A DNA stretch of 64,000 bases, from assembly GCF_006345805.1 (NCBI RefSeq), contig NC_043015.1, positions 558,001 to 622,000 on the forward strand. The letters run 5' to 3'. The notes under the pieces were generated by a model that worked only from the letters and a program-made list of their open reading frames with translations, ran no database searches and was not told where the DNA came from. Positions within the stretch are counted from its first letter, which is position 1. The number at the start of each line of letters is the position of its first letter. Source of the stretch: Octopus sinensis (Eukaryota). Positions 45,054 to 58,298 of the stretch are shown in pieces. The position numbers and the translations under genes were made by a program.

Positions 45054-45132
45054 ATAATATATATATATATATACAATATATATCTATATATATATATATT
45101 ATATATAATATATATATACAATATATATATAT

Positions 45133-45164
<32 letters not shown>

Positions 45165-45574
45165 CAATATATATATATATATATACAAAAGAGTCAATAG
45201 ATACGGAAGATAGACTATACTAGAAATTCATTTATCAAAACAATCGCATCGATACATCTTGCATCGCTCCTTCGTGAGTGGAAATTCTACAGTGAACTCC
45301 AGTGCATTCAAGGGTCCAGAAGCATCTCAAGAGGGGATGCCATGCAGTTTATCGCTATATAAGTAAATTTTCGTTCTTAAGGTCTAGTAGAGTATGTTCG
45401 AATGATTCCTTCTACTCACTTAACAAAAAAATGGACAGGCTGGATAATACAGCCGTCAGTCGTATGTAGACAATATTTTAAGGAAAATATATAGAATAGT
45501 TTAAAGCATGAATGCGTTTCTGCATGGTACTGTACGATCAAGACACACCGAGGGGAATATGATAATAATAAAAA

Positions 45575-46087
45575 TCTCTATATATAAAACTGTAGTTGTG
45601 TGAGTGTCTGTCCCCTTCGATTTTGATTCCTAACTACTCCCACATTTTGCGGTGCAGTTTAACCAAATTCGGGTATCTTATAGTCGTGATTCATATAGAG
45701 TCCGTCTGCGTATTAGCGCGCGTCTACGATGAGTCTACAATTTAAAAAATAATTTAACATCATTTTTTATTCCATTTTAATGCATAATTTTTCGTGTGTC
45801 GATGGCGGCGGAGTTGGCGTCCATGGTCACACCTGCACGTGTTTGCTTCTCCCCCTTCTTCCCTCCCTCGTGAAGCTGTGGGGAAGGGAGTGTAAGGAAA
45901 TCAACGACGTAAAGCGTTGTCAACGAGACCAGGATTCTTTTAGAACAACGACTTCATGGCTTGAAGACACCAAAACAGAAATGGCTAAGAAAACCCGAAT
46001 TGGCATCTATAAGGGAAGTAACTCTCTAAAAATGCTTATATAGTTATTTCCCTTACAAACCCGAACAACGCCGGGCGATACTGCTAT
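45575..46087 (+). mobile_element. Non-autonomous Helitron (~510 bp)
   Basis: 5' A|TCTCTATATATAAAA, 3' GC-rich hairpin CCCG-AACAACGC-CGGG (46060-46075) followed by ...CTGCTAT|T (CTAG-like terminus with one change); no TSD, A/T insertion site. Confidence 0.65.
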
Positions 46088-46638
46088 TAAGTAATAAAAT
46101 AAAATATATCAGTAGGTTCCACACAAGTCTGATCTAGCAGACATTAACAATTAAAAATTAAACGTAAAACAAAAGCGATCAAAGACGAGATTAACGGTTA
46201 GATAAATAAATTCGTTAGGGGGGAATCATGAAATGATTAAGAATGTAAGGTAAGAGAAAATACAAGAAAGACGGGAAAGGGGCAGAGAATGAAAGGGAGA
46301 GAGAGAGAGAGTAAAAGACGGGTAACTACAAATAAAATGTAAATAAATAAACTGGTGTTAAACATTTTGGCTATCAAACTTACATTAAAACATCATAAAA
46401 AACCCCCCAACAAATCTGCGAAAACGGGACGACCAAAGACATATCCGACTCTAGACAAACTATTGTTGCGTCAGTAACGACATTTCTTAGGAATGTAGGT
46501 CACATTTGAGAAATAGTGAATAAATAAAAAACAAAATGACAACTAACGAAACGTGATTAAACAAATCATAAAAAAAAAAATTCTAAACAAATATAAACTA
46601 GAAACCAAACAAATAATAAAAAAAACACATTGCTGCTG

Positions 46639-46706
<68 letters not shown>

Positions 46707-47004
46707 GCTGCTGCTGTTGCCACTACTACTCCTACTTCGGTTGGTGTTGCTGCTGTTACTACTATAGATGATGGTGATGATGATGATGATGACAACAACA
46801 GTAATTATATCAATAGCCGACAGCTACAAAAACAGTCATAAACACACACGTACACATACACACACACATATATATATATATGTGTGTGTGTATATATATA
46901 TATGTGTGTGTGTGTATATATATATGAATATATATGTATATGTATATATATATGAATACATATGTATATATGTATATATATGTATATGTATATATATATG
47001 TGTA

Positions 47005-47035
<31 letters not shown>

Positions 47036-47065
47036 GTATGTGTATATAATATATATATATAATAT

Positions 47066-47158
<93 letters not shown>

Positions 47159-47816
47159 ATATAAGATATTATACGTGCTCTGCATTTCAAGAAGTACATG
47201 CGTACGTATGAAGATAATATTTGCATAAAGATATCTAGAGCAAAGTAAAAGTTTGCTACAAATGTATTAAAAAATGCACCACGCACATATAAGAACATAT
47301 ACTCACACCGACGCACAAGCACATACACACATACACACACACACACATATATAAATGTGCGCAAAACGACTTTCACGCGTATGAATATATCCATATCACA
47401 CGTGTGTGTGTTTGCGGTTGTGTGAGTATCCAATACATATAATGCAGATATATATAAGTATATATAACATATTATATATGAATTTGGGCCTGTATATATA
47501 TATGCACAAATGCACACACATACGCACACATGCACATACACGCACACACTTACGCACTCACATACACACTATGAATAAATGCTTCATATATTGAACTGTT
47601 TAAACTGTTGACGTGTACATCACACATCAACCCTTCTTCAATTCTATTCCTGCCTAGAAAACCAATGAAATTTAAACTAACATTACAATATGGAATCTTT
47701 CAACATCGAATCAAAAGTATAAATGCAAGGAATTGAGAACGTCTTGACTCAAAGAACTATAGTATTGTTGATGTGACAATTGTAAAGGAGTTGTCATATC
47801 ATTAGATAATATAATA

Positions 47817-48382
47817 TTGTGTTGTCTGGAAAGTTCGTGCTGATTTATAGTAGCTTATCTTTCGACTTATTTCAGAACATGGTTGAATCCATAGAATAGG
47901 ATTTGACTACACCTCCATTTAGAGCACGGTTTAAGCTATCATTTCGTGGAAGAAGGTTTATGTTCCTATAACCTGTGTTGATTCTGTATCCCTTTAAATT
48001 TGAAGATAAGAAAGTTCATTTGCGGCACTTGATGCTTTGGGAACCAGACAAAAATTGCTGCTGCTCGGCTGGGATGTGTTTCCCCGACTTCCATATTCAC
48101 CAGAAGTTGCTCCTTCAGATTTCCACTTATTCAGGTCTCTGCAGAATAGTCTTAATTGTAAAAATTTCAATTCCTTGGATAACGTAAAAAGAGACCTTGA
48201 TAAATTCTTTGCCATAAATCCACCTCAATTCTGGGAAGAGGGTATTTTCAAGTTAAAGGAAACAAGGAGACGCATTGTGCAACAAAATGGTTCATATTTG
48301 GTTGAGTAAAAATGTAATGGCAAGTACTTATTGACCTTTTTCTTTCCTTTAAAAATCGACAGGAACTTTCCGGACAACCCAA
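47817..48382 (+). mobile_element. Internally deleted mariner (mellifera-like), MITE-sized, intact TIRs and TA TSD
   Basis: TIRs TA|TTGTGTTGTCTGGAAAGTTCGTGCTGATTT vs reverse complement TA|TTGGGTTGTCCGGAAAGTTCCTGTCGATTT; N-terminus EDKKVHLRHLMLWE fused to C-terminus TRQKLLLLGWDVFPRLPYSPEVAPSDFHLFRSLQN...QNGSYLVE*. Confidence 0.92.
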
Positions 48383-48466
48383 TATAAAGAAAATATATAA
48401 ACGTATGTAAAATAGACAACATGAAGGCGCTAAATCTTATTTAAGGTGAGATCGTCTTTTACTCAC

Positions 48467-48565
48467 ATTCATTGCTTGTTCTAATACACGGTGCCACATA
48501 CTGATAGGGTACGTTGGATCCAAGGAAGACGGACTGGTGCAAGAATGGGTAGGTGCCGATGGATT
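48467..48565 (-). CDS. Candidate 99-nt internal exon of an unidentified host gene
   Basis: Acceptor ttttatatgcaattcacag|, donor |gtgagt, length divisible by 3, two open frames (SIGTYPFLHQSVFLGSNVPYQYVAPCIRTSNE or NPSAPTHSCTSPSSLDPTYPISMWHRVLEQAMN), non-repetitive and GC-richer than flanks; no protein recognised. Confidence 0.35.
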
Positions 48566-48956
48566 CTGTGAATTGCATATAAAATGTCACATCATTATGA
48601 AAACACTTGTAGAATATGAAAGCTTGCAAGATTAAATCAAGATAACAGAGCTTGATTGTGTACAAAATTAGCTTGAAGGCTTCATCAGATCTCGCACCAT
48701 CATTTAACTTGGGGTATGTAAAGACGTACAAGAATGATTCTAAATGTTTGCCCTCTGTCGTGGCTTCTCATTCAGCATTATGGTTTGTTGTCAACTGCAC
48801 CGGTTGATGCAATTGTCCTGCTGATGCAATTTTCACAGTTAAGGATGATGTAAAAGTTGCTTAATTCTTCAAGGCCTCCTCACAATAAACTGCGGACAAT
48901 CGATTCAAAACGCGTTGGAACATTCACAGGCAAACACGCAAATACAAAGACAATCA

Positions 48957-48993
<37 letters not shown>

Positions 48994-49232
48994 GCGCGCA
49001 CGCACGCAAGCACGCACGCGTACACGCAAAACACACGCATACTCTCACTCTCTCGCTCTTTCTCTCAAAACGGGTGTTTGCACCTAAGATTGGATAACCA
49101 CTGATAATTCTGTTATTACTTGAGCTGTTACCTAGCAGGACATGTTTTGTTAATGTTTGTGCCTCAAAAAAAAAAAAAAAAAGAGTCGTACATAATTTAG
49201 ATACATATTTACTATAAGAAGGGCAAAGGTGT

Positions 49233-49263
<31 letters not shown>

Positions 49264-49961
49264 ATTCATAGTGGTAGTTCAAAATGGCTGCGTACCGGTG
49301 AGTAACCGACATAAGAAAGTTACGTCTGAGAAGGAGAAATATCTTAAGATATAGGATCTGTTTATTTTAGACTTGGCAAGGGAAATGCAACGTTGCCCGT
49401 ACTGTAATATGCCAATGTATATAAATTCAAAACATGAAATTTTAGAATGATAAATCAATCTATTGTACATATTCGAGAAGCATGAAATCGTTTTCGCTTT
49501 ATATATGAACGTTAGAATTTAAATACGTAAGTACGTATACGTACACAGCTACACTTATGTAAAGAAAGACAATTCTATGGAGTAACATCATTTGATGCGT
49601 TGTAAAAAAAGAATTGGTTAATTGTTTTTCTGGTGTTGTTGAAGTGATGAAGACACTTGTGATGAATACGATTAGAGACAGGCAAATCTGATGTTTGGAT
49701 ACTACATACATTTATTACCCCACCGTACACTCACATTCATACATACACAAACAGGAACACACACCTATATGTGTATATAGGGAGATTATCTTCATTTTCA
49801 GTCATTAAAATAGTGCCGATTTAAACTCTCATGAAGTAATAAACACACACACGCATAAATACACGTTCGCACATGTATAAATACACGCACACACGCCCGC
49901 AAAAATATGCACACATATGCATAAACATAAATGTTTATATTTATCTCTATCTATCTATCTA

Positions 49962-50012
<51 letters not shown>

Positions 50013-50031
50013 TTCTATCTATCTATCTATC

Positions 50032-51161
50032 AAAAAGAGGCCGAAGAAGGGCGAATGGCACCGCGAGTGTCGCGTTGCTCTCAAGCAACTCTGCCGTCCC
50101 GGGTCGACCTTGAGTGACTTCAACACAACCAAAGCATTCTATAGGGGATTAGTGGAGGGGAGGTACGACGACGAGCTCGGGGCAAACCTGGGCGTCGACG
50201 AGGAATACCTGACCCGCCTGTTTCAAACGACTTTCGGCCCGGGACCTATGGACAACTTCTAGAGATCCCTGGCCTGGCGGTGCTACCGAGAAGCGCTACC
50301 CGTTCGGGATAAGCTCTATAGGCATGGCTCGAGAAACACGAGGCCGACCTGCCCGAGATGCGGGCAGAGCGACGAAACCGCTCTGCACGCAATCGTGCAG
50401 TGTCCAGCAATTTCCCACCTGTGGGCTTATGTCGAACGACTGCTGTCACGTGTGGGACGTGTCGGTTTATCAGCCGAGTCTATCGTTAATATCGTCACGC
50501 CTCCTTCCTTCAAACGGGAAGGAAGAGCTATTTTTATCATACTTGTGGCTATGGCGAAAGAATGTATCTGGTGGACGCGTCTGAAAGGATTAGAGACAAA
50601 CACTTTCCTCTCTGGTCAATCTCTCATCAACTTCTTCAAGTATCACTTGAAGAAAAAAGTGAGAGTAGAGAGGCAAGTTTTGTCTAGTGAATGTTTTAAA
50701 AAAAGATGGGTGAATGTAGCAAGGATGGCACGTATGAATGACGAAGCCACCTTGACTATGATTCTATGAACCGTAAAAATTAATACAGAGAGTTGCTTAT
50801 TTGCAAAAAAAAAAAAAAGAAATATAACATGTGACTTCATTGACCGAGGTTACCGTGGTCTTTTCCGTAGGCTTTTCTTTCCACGGGTAAACCTCACCGT
50901 CCTCCCCTTTACACTTCATATTGACATTTCTGTGATAACGATCCCTATTGATCATTTTTTTTTCCTCTCCCCCTTTTTTTTAACCCCCTCTTTTTTGTCT
51001 CTTTCTCTCCTTTTACGATCCCTTTTGATCGAGCCCCCCTTTTTTATTTTATTTTTATTTTTTATTTTAAATATTTTTTTTTTTTTTAAACCTTCAAAAG
51101 AAAAGCTCTACCTGTAATTTGTTCTATCTGTGTGCAGCCCTGTGTGGCTAATAAAGAAACA
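50032..51161 (+). mobile_element. 5'-truncated L1/Tx1-type LINE in (TCTA/TCTG)n; ORF2 C-terminus plus 3' UTR
   Basis: One frame 50032-50769 with a single premature TAG (50260-50262); CCHC knuckle CPRCGQSDETALHAIVQC preceded by LAWRCYREALPVRDKL; AATAAA at 51150, ends GAAACA|TATCTATC. Confidence 0.9.
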
Positions 51162-51207
51162 TATCTATCTATCTATCTATTTGTATCTGTCTGTTGTCTG
51201 TCGTCTG

Positions 51208-51246
<39 letters not shown>

Positions 51247-51370
51247 GTCTGTCTGTCTGTCTGTCTGTCTGTTGTCTGTCTGTCTGTCTGTCTGTCTTTC
51301 ATCTATCTATCTATCTATCTATCTATTGTCTGTCTGTCTGTCTGTTGTTGTCTGTCTGTCTCTCTTTCTT

Positions 51371-51404
<34 letters not shown>

Positions 51405-52023
51405 CTTGTGGCTATGGCGAAAGAATGTATCTGGTGGACGCGTCTGAAAGGATGGAGACAAACACTTTCCTCTCTGGTCAATCTCTCATCAACTTCTTCA
51501 AGTACCACTTGAAAAGGAAAGTGAGAGTAGAGATGCAAGTTTTGTCTAGCGAATGTTTTAAAAAAGATGGGTGAATGTAGCAAGAATGGCACGTATGAAT
51601 GACGAAGCCACCTTGAGCATAGTCCTATGAACCCAGAAATCGAAAACAGAGAGTTGCTTATTTGCAAAAAAAAAAAAAAAAAAAAAAATAAAATGTGTGA
51701 CTTCATTGACCGAGGTTACCGTGGTCTTTTCCGCAGGCTTTTCTTTCCACGGGTAAACCTCACCTGTCCTCCCCTTTACACATCATATTGACATTCTGTG
51801 ATAACGATCCCTATTGATCAATTTTTTTTCCTCTCCCCCCCTTTTTTTTTTTTTTTTTTAAAACCCCCCCTTTTTTTGTCCTCTTTCCTCTCCTTTTACG
51901 ATCCCTTTTGATCGAAACTCCCCCTTCCTTTTTTTTTTTTTTTTTTTAAAAAAACCTTCAAAAGAAAAGCTCTACCTGTAAATTTGTCTATCTGTGTGCA
52001 GCCTATGTGCTAATAAAGAAACA
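51405..52023 (+). mobile_element. Second, shorter 5'-truncated copy of the same Tx1-type LINE in (TCTA)n
   Basis: Starts CTTGTGGCTATGGCGAAAGAATG directly after (TATC)n; same 3' end AATAAAGAAACA|TATCT; many substitutions and indels relative to the 50032 copy. Confidence 0.9.
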
Positions 52024-52614
<591 letters not shown>

Positions 52615-53220
52615 TATATATACACACACATACACAAACATACACGCTCACCCTCGTAAGTTATATGTTATTTGTGTCTCAAGTGTGTTTATGTATTCTA
52701 AAAGGCGTGTATAGGTATAGCCGTGTGTACATAATACTCAAAATATTCACAGATAGGTTAGTCGCAGATTTGTGTACTAAGGCTATTTTTCTATTTACTT
52801 ACTTGTTTTGAACTTACTGAAACCTTTTGTGTACTTACGTGACGTGAAGCTGTAGCAGACTGAGATTTTATTCCTTTCTGAAATCCTTCCATGCAGCCGC
52901 CTTCTTTTTTATTGACCGTCACAAAGGGTGATTTAATACACTGCCACTACCGACATATACACACGGATATGTTCATTGATACAGACATACGCAAATGTAC
53001 ACTCAGAACAAACTACAAACACTTAGACATAGGACACATACATTCATACCTACATATACAAGAACATGCATACATGCATATATATATATATACATACACG
53101 CATATGTATTTATATACGTATATGTATCCGTGCACACACTCACACACTTATATATAAATCCATACAAACCACACGTACACACACACATATGCAGATCTAT
53201 CTAGCTATCAATCTACCTAC

Positions 53221-53281
<61 letters not shown>

Positions 53282-54210
53282 CATCTCTCTCTCTATTTAT
53301 AAATATAAGCATATATATATGTATGTATATATATATATATATATTTTAAGCACATATATATATATGCATATAAAAGCATATATATATAGGCATGTCTACG
53401 TATCCCTATCTGTATATATATTAGTGACGAAATCAGGGTTTGTAACAAATAGGATTTGGCACAGAATTTAAATTGGATATGTTAGCTTTAAGTACCTGTA
53501 GCATTTCATAGAGAAGGTAAGTGCTAAAAAGCACAGAACATATCGGTAGAAGAAATATCGTCGGTGCTGATGGATACGAATATGGTGCGCCGTGTTTGCT
53601 GCTTAATTTTCACTTCCTCAGCAACAGGTACCCAATCATCGAATGCTTGTTCGAATTTTGTCAAGGGGACTTAGTCTCACACTGACGAAACTGTCAGTGA
53701 TGGCGCAAAAAGCTTGAGGTGTGTGTATAATTCAACTGTTACCTACGGAAACGGGCCTCTTAAGGAATATTATTTCGGACATATACCTTAAATTGTATGT
53801 CTTGCTTTAAACACATTTATGTGCGGTAGTCGTCCTGAAAAAGTACAGAGTTATATCGGTTATGGAAAGATTTCATCCTCATTAATAAGTTTTTTCGGAA
53901 TTTCAGTTAAGCATTTGGTGTTTGCGTGCCTACTGCTGAAGAAGGGAAATGATGCTGAAATAAGTTAATACAGCATTATCATCCACTAGAGCTGACGAAA
54001 GTTTCTCATTCGATACTGCTATTTATGACTCGAATTCTATACAAGATATTATCTGAGAATGATAAACTCAACTGTAAGCGTTTAAACAATACAACCAAGT
54101 TCAGTTGGATACGCAAATTAATATTCCTTATAATGGTACTTCTGTCACTAAGAGGTGATTTATACACATCCTACCATCTTTTGCGATTTCCTCTAACTGC
54201 CGCACGCTAG

Positions 54211-54260
54211 GATTGAAGCCGGTACCATGTGGTTGGGAAGCAAGCTACTTACCACACATA
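54211..54260 (-). mobile_element. SINE-B head fragment
   Basis: CCGGTACCATGTGGTTGGGAAGCAAGCTACTTACCACAC is the reverse complement of the head. Confidence 0.6.
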
Positions 54261-54267
54261 CATATTT

Positions 54268-54299
<32 letters not shown>

Positions 54300-54442
54300 T
54301 ATGCTAGTCGGCTCTCCCAGAATTGTCACAGGCAATTGACTGAAGCAAATAATATATGTATAATGTATATATACGTATATATATATATACACATATATAT
54401 ATCTATATGTATATGTATATATATATATATGTATATAGATAC

Positions 54443-54473
<31 letters not shown>

Positions 54474-55060
54474 TATATTATATATATATATATATATATG
54501 TATGTATATATATATATGTATCTATATATATATATATATATAGATATATATATATATGTATGTATATATATATTCATAATGGGTCTATTACGCTTATGTA
54601 CATACACACATACACACGCACATGTACATACATTTAAATTTATGAGTTTTAAGGGCTGCATTTTTTATAAAACACATTGAAGCAACAGTAAGCATTATTT
54701 TAAAATAGCTATGGTTAAATTATTCATCTAGACTATGTCATGCATGTTGAAAATAATAGCTACTTTTGTAACAAAGCTTTCCAACGGACCGAGGACGGAT
54801 TTACTGCTTCGTCGATAACAGGAATGACGAATGAAAGAGATGTGCAAAGCAAGCGGAATTAATACACGTGTTTATTTTTGAATGACGCAACGCATCTCGA
54901 CCCTGAGTTTTGTCGCCGAGAGGGATATACAAATGTTGAAGCTTACACACAAGCATATGTATATATGATGTTTATCTATATGAGCCTGTATATCAATCAA
55001 TCCTACTTTCTTTTCTGTCTGTTGGTCTCCACATTTATTTCTATGCTTTATATACACATG

Positions 55061-55515
55061 CTCTTTTACTCTTTACTATTTTACTTGTTTCAGTCATTTG
55101 ACTGTTGCCATGCTGGAGCATCGCCTTTAATCGAACAAATCGACCCCATGACTTATTCTTTGTAAGTCTAGTTCTTATTATATCGGTCTCTTTGGCCGAA
55201 TCGCTAATATACGGGGACGTAAACATACCAGCATCGGTTGTCAAGCGATGTTGGGGACAAACACAGACACACAAACATACACACGCACGCACACACACAC
55301 GCACACACACACGCACACACACACGCACATATATATATATGTACATATATACGACGGGCGTCCTTCAGTTTCCGTCTACCAAATCCACTCACAATCCTTT
55401 GGTCGGCCCGAGGCTATAGTAGAAGACACTTGCCCAAGGTGCCACGCAGTGACACTGAACCTGAAACCATGTGGCTGCTAAGCAAGCTGCTTACCCCACA
55501 GCCACTCCTACGCCT
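55061..55515 (-). mobile_element. SINE-B, full length
   Basis: CTCTTTTACT...TTGTTTCAGTCATTTGACTG tail through CAGCCACTCCTACGCC head. Confidence 0.9.
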
Positions 55516-55544
55516 GTGATATTTATTATTATTATTATTATTAT

Positions 55545-55984
55545 TGAGTGAGCGAGCAGAGCATGCCATCAAAGTGACACTGGGGTAAAATATACGAAGC
55601 CCAGTATACCCATCATAACTACCCGTCTGATAAGGGTACACCAGGCACATGCATCACAACCATATGTGCGCGACATGGTGATCTCATATCAAGATAAACA
55701 GCACATGACCTTGCAGGTGGGGCCCAGTTAGAATTTTCTTCAGATCGAGTAACCCATCCCGCTCAAAAGGTCCCTGAATAAGGGTTGTTTAAGGACGTTG
55801 AACGAAACACCCATGTTTCCAGAGGTGAATTATTCAAACTCCAAAGAATCCCTCTCAACACATGGCTATGATGCTCCCCCACTACTTCTGCTCGTGATCA
55901 GAGATGCACATATCGTCAGCCACTAAGGGACATGCTCAACTGGTTAAGGTCAAACAACTGACAAGCAAATCTATGGTATTGAGC
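55545..55984 (-). mobile_element. Family T element, 5'-truncated, (ATT)n on both sides
   Basis: TGAGTGAGCGAGCAGAGCATGCCATCAAAGTGACAC...GGTATTGAGC|ATTATT; high identity to the 61243 copy. Confidence 0.9.
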
Positions 55985-56009
55985 ATTATTATTATTATTA
56001 TTATTATTA

Positions 56010-56045
<36 letters not shown>

Positions 56046-56046
56046 A

Positions 56047-56245
56047 GCGGCGAGTTGGCAGATTCGTTAGCATGCTGGACGAAATGGTTAGCGATATTTC
56101 ACCCTTCGCTACGTTCTGAGTTCAAATTCTATCGAGGTCGACTCTTCATCCATTCAGGGTCGATAAATTAAGTACCAGTTGAGTACTGCGGCTGATATAT
56201 ATCGAGTAGCCCCGCCCCCCCCCCGCTAAAATTTCAGGCCTTTGT
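56047..56245 (+). mobile_element. SINE-A copy
   Basis: GCGGCGAGTTGGCAGATTCG head, GAGTTCAAATTC B-box, CATCCATTCAGGGTCGATAAATTAAGTACCAG. Confidence 0.85.
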
Positions 56246-56361
56246 GAAGAAAGCAAGATATGTGCAAAGCAAGCGGAATTAATATGAGTGCTTATTTTTG
56301 AATGACGTACCTCATGTCGACCCCGAGCTTTGTCGCCGAGAGGCACATAAACATATTGAGG

Positions 56362-56444
<83 letters not shown>

Positions 56445-57942
56445 TCCACCACCACTGATGTTGCTGCTGCTGCTACTGTTACCTCTGCTACTAATATTAC
56501 TACTACTAAAAGAAACAAACTATCAATTTGATTCGGCCCCATGCAAACTCGCAGGCCCAAGAATTTCTAAACTGTTGCTATAAATATTGATATATGTAGC
56601 TCATACGAAATGAGTTGAGTACTCCTTTAAAGTACATTTAAAAGTAGCAATCTTTCTTTTAAAACCATGAATGGCTAATTGTTGAATGAGGTCCATCATG
56701 TTGCTGCCTGATCGATATTGATATATGCAGGTAAAAATTCAAAAGTAAAACATGCAGCAAATACATAAACACAGTTCTCTGATGGACGTTGGCAAAGTTT
56801 TGATCACAGTAGCTTCTGTATAAAAGAACAGATTATTCAATACGTGACCTTCGGTAAGGTACGGTCCTCAAGAAAATCCTGCACTTATGTCGGCTGATTT
56901 ACGAACGTTGATATACCACAAATCATCTCTTATATTCTATTTTGTCTAATTACGTTTCCTCGTCCGATGGTATATATATACCAGTCAGATGTTATCTATA
57001 ATGCAATCAAATGTTCCCTCCCACAACTTGCAAAGCTTTGTCCCTCTTTTAGAAATCGATATTCGTCTAGTCACATTAATATATACGATGTTTTGCAGAC
57101 GAATGTATATATATTATTAAAGGATGATGAGTTACCTACATTGTTAATAGTTGTTAATAATAGAAATGAGTCAGTTTTGTAGCTTGTATTTATGTTGCAG
57201 TCTCAAGTGACGTAAGTGAATTCACATAGGTAATCCAGATGATAGGAAGACGAATCATATACACCTGTAATAGAGTGTTGATTAAATGTGACAACCTATT
57301 ATCATTAGTCGTCATTAAATTATATACTTCGTCTTACATACATTTATTGTTATTTCTTAAAATGACATCTCAGACCACCACCTACGAAAAGATATAAGGA
57401 AGAAACGAAAACTGGAATGTGAAACGTTAGTGAAAATCTTAAGAGAGTGTTGTGCTGAAATCTTGTGCAGGTTAAAATTTGGTGGAATAATCGAGGACGG
57501 ATATCCTAGGTGGTGGATTTACGATATAAAATTAAAATCTGAATTTCTATGAAATCAAACCGTACAGTCATAAATAAGAAGGTACGCACTGAATATTTTA
57601 ATGGTTGATAAAATTTACAAGATGTGAGATTCTCACAGCTGGAATGCCATTGACGGAATGATTGACCAATCAAAATTAGCGTTAATTTACGCGATAAGAA
57701 CAGTATCATATTTCATCGACGCGCAAGGGAAGCAGGAAAAGCGAAGAACACTTTGGATGATATAAGTACGTGCATTCATTCACACAGAAGAACAATGTAC
57801 ATACGATATAAAATATTCACGTGCAATCACACACACACGTATCATGTATGTGTGTGTGTATATATATATTTATATGTACACAAGAATATTTGTACGTGCA
57901 TATATATATATATATATTATATATATATATATATATACACAT

Positions 57943-57974
<32 letters not shown>

Positions 57975-58262
57975 TACACACACACGTACACACGCATATA
58001 TACCTATAAATAAAACCATGTAAAATATTGGGCTGAAAATCTCTTTGGAATAAAAATTCTTATACACGCCAGTTATATATATGTACGTATGTATGTATGT
58101 ATGTATGTATGTATGTTTGTATGTTTGTATGTATGTATGTATGTATGTATGTATATATGTATGTGTGTATGTATGTGTGTGTGTGCATGTATATATATGT
58201 GTGTGCGTGTATGCATATATGTGAATGTAAATATAGATACATATTTAATCGCTTGTACACTC

Positions 58263-58298
<36 letters not shown>

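Noticed and set aside
50032-52023. The two Tx1-type copies as an assembly duplication
   Set aside because: They differ by many substitutions and indels and have different 5' truncation points.
53490-53660. Overlapping splice-like signals on both strands (AAG|GTAAGT on +, pyrimidine-rich TTTTAG on -)
   Set aside because: Mutually inconsistent readings and short frames; cannot be resolved without transcript data.
57639-57765. Plus-strand open frame WNAIDGMIDQSKLALIYAIRTVSYF... after an AG
   Set aside because: Weak pyrimidine tract, no recognisable protein; a 41-codon frame can occur by chance in 64 kb.
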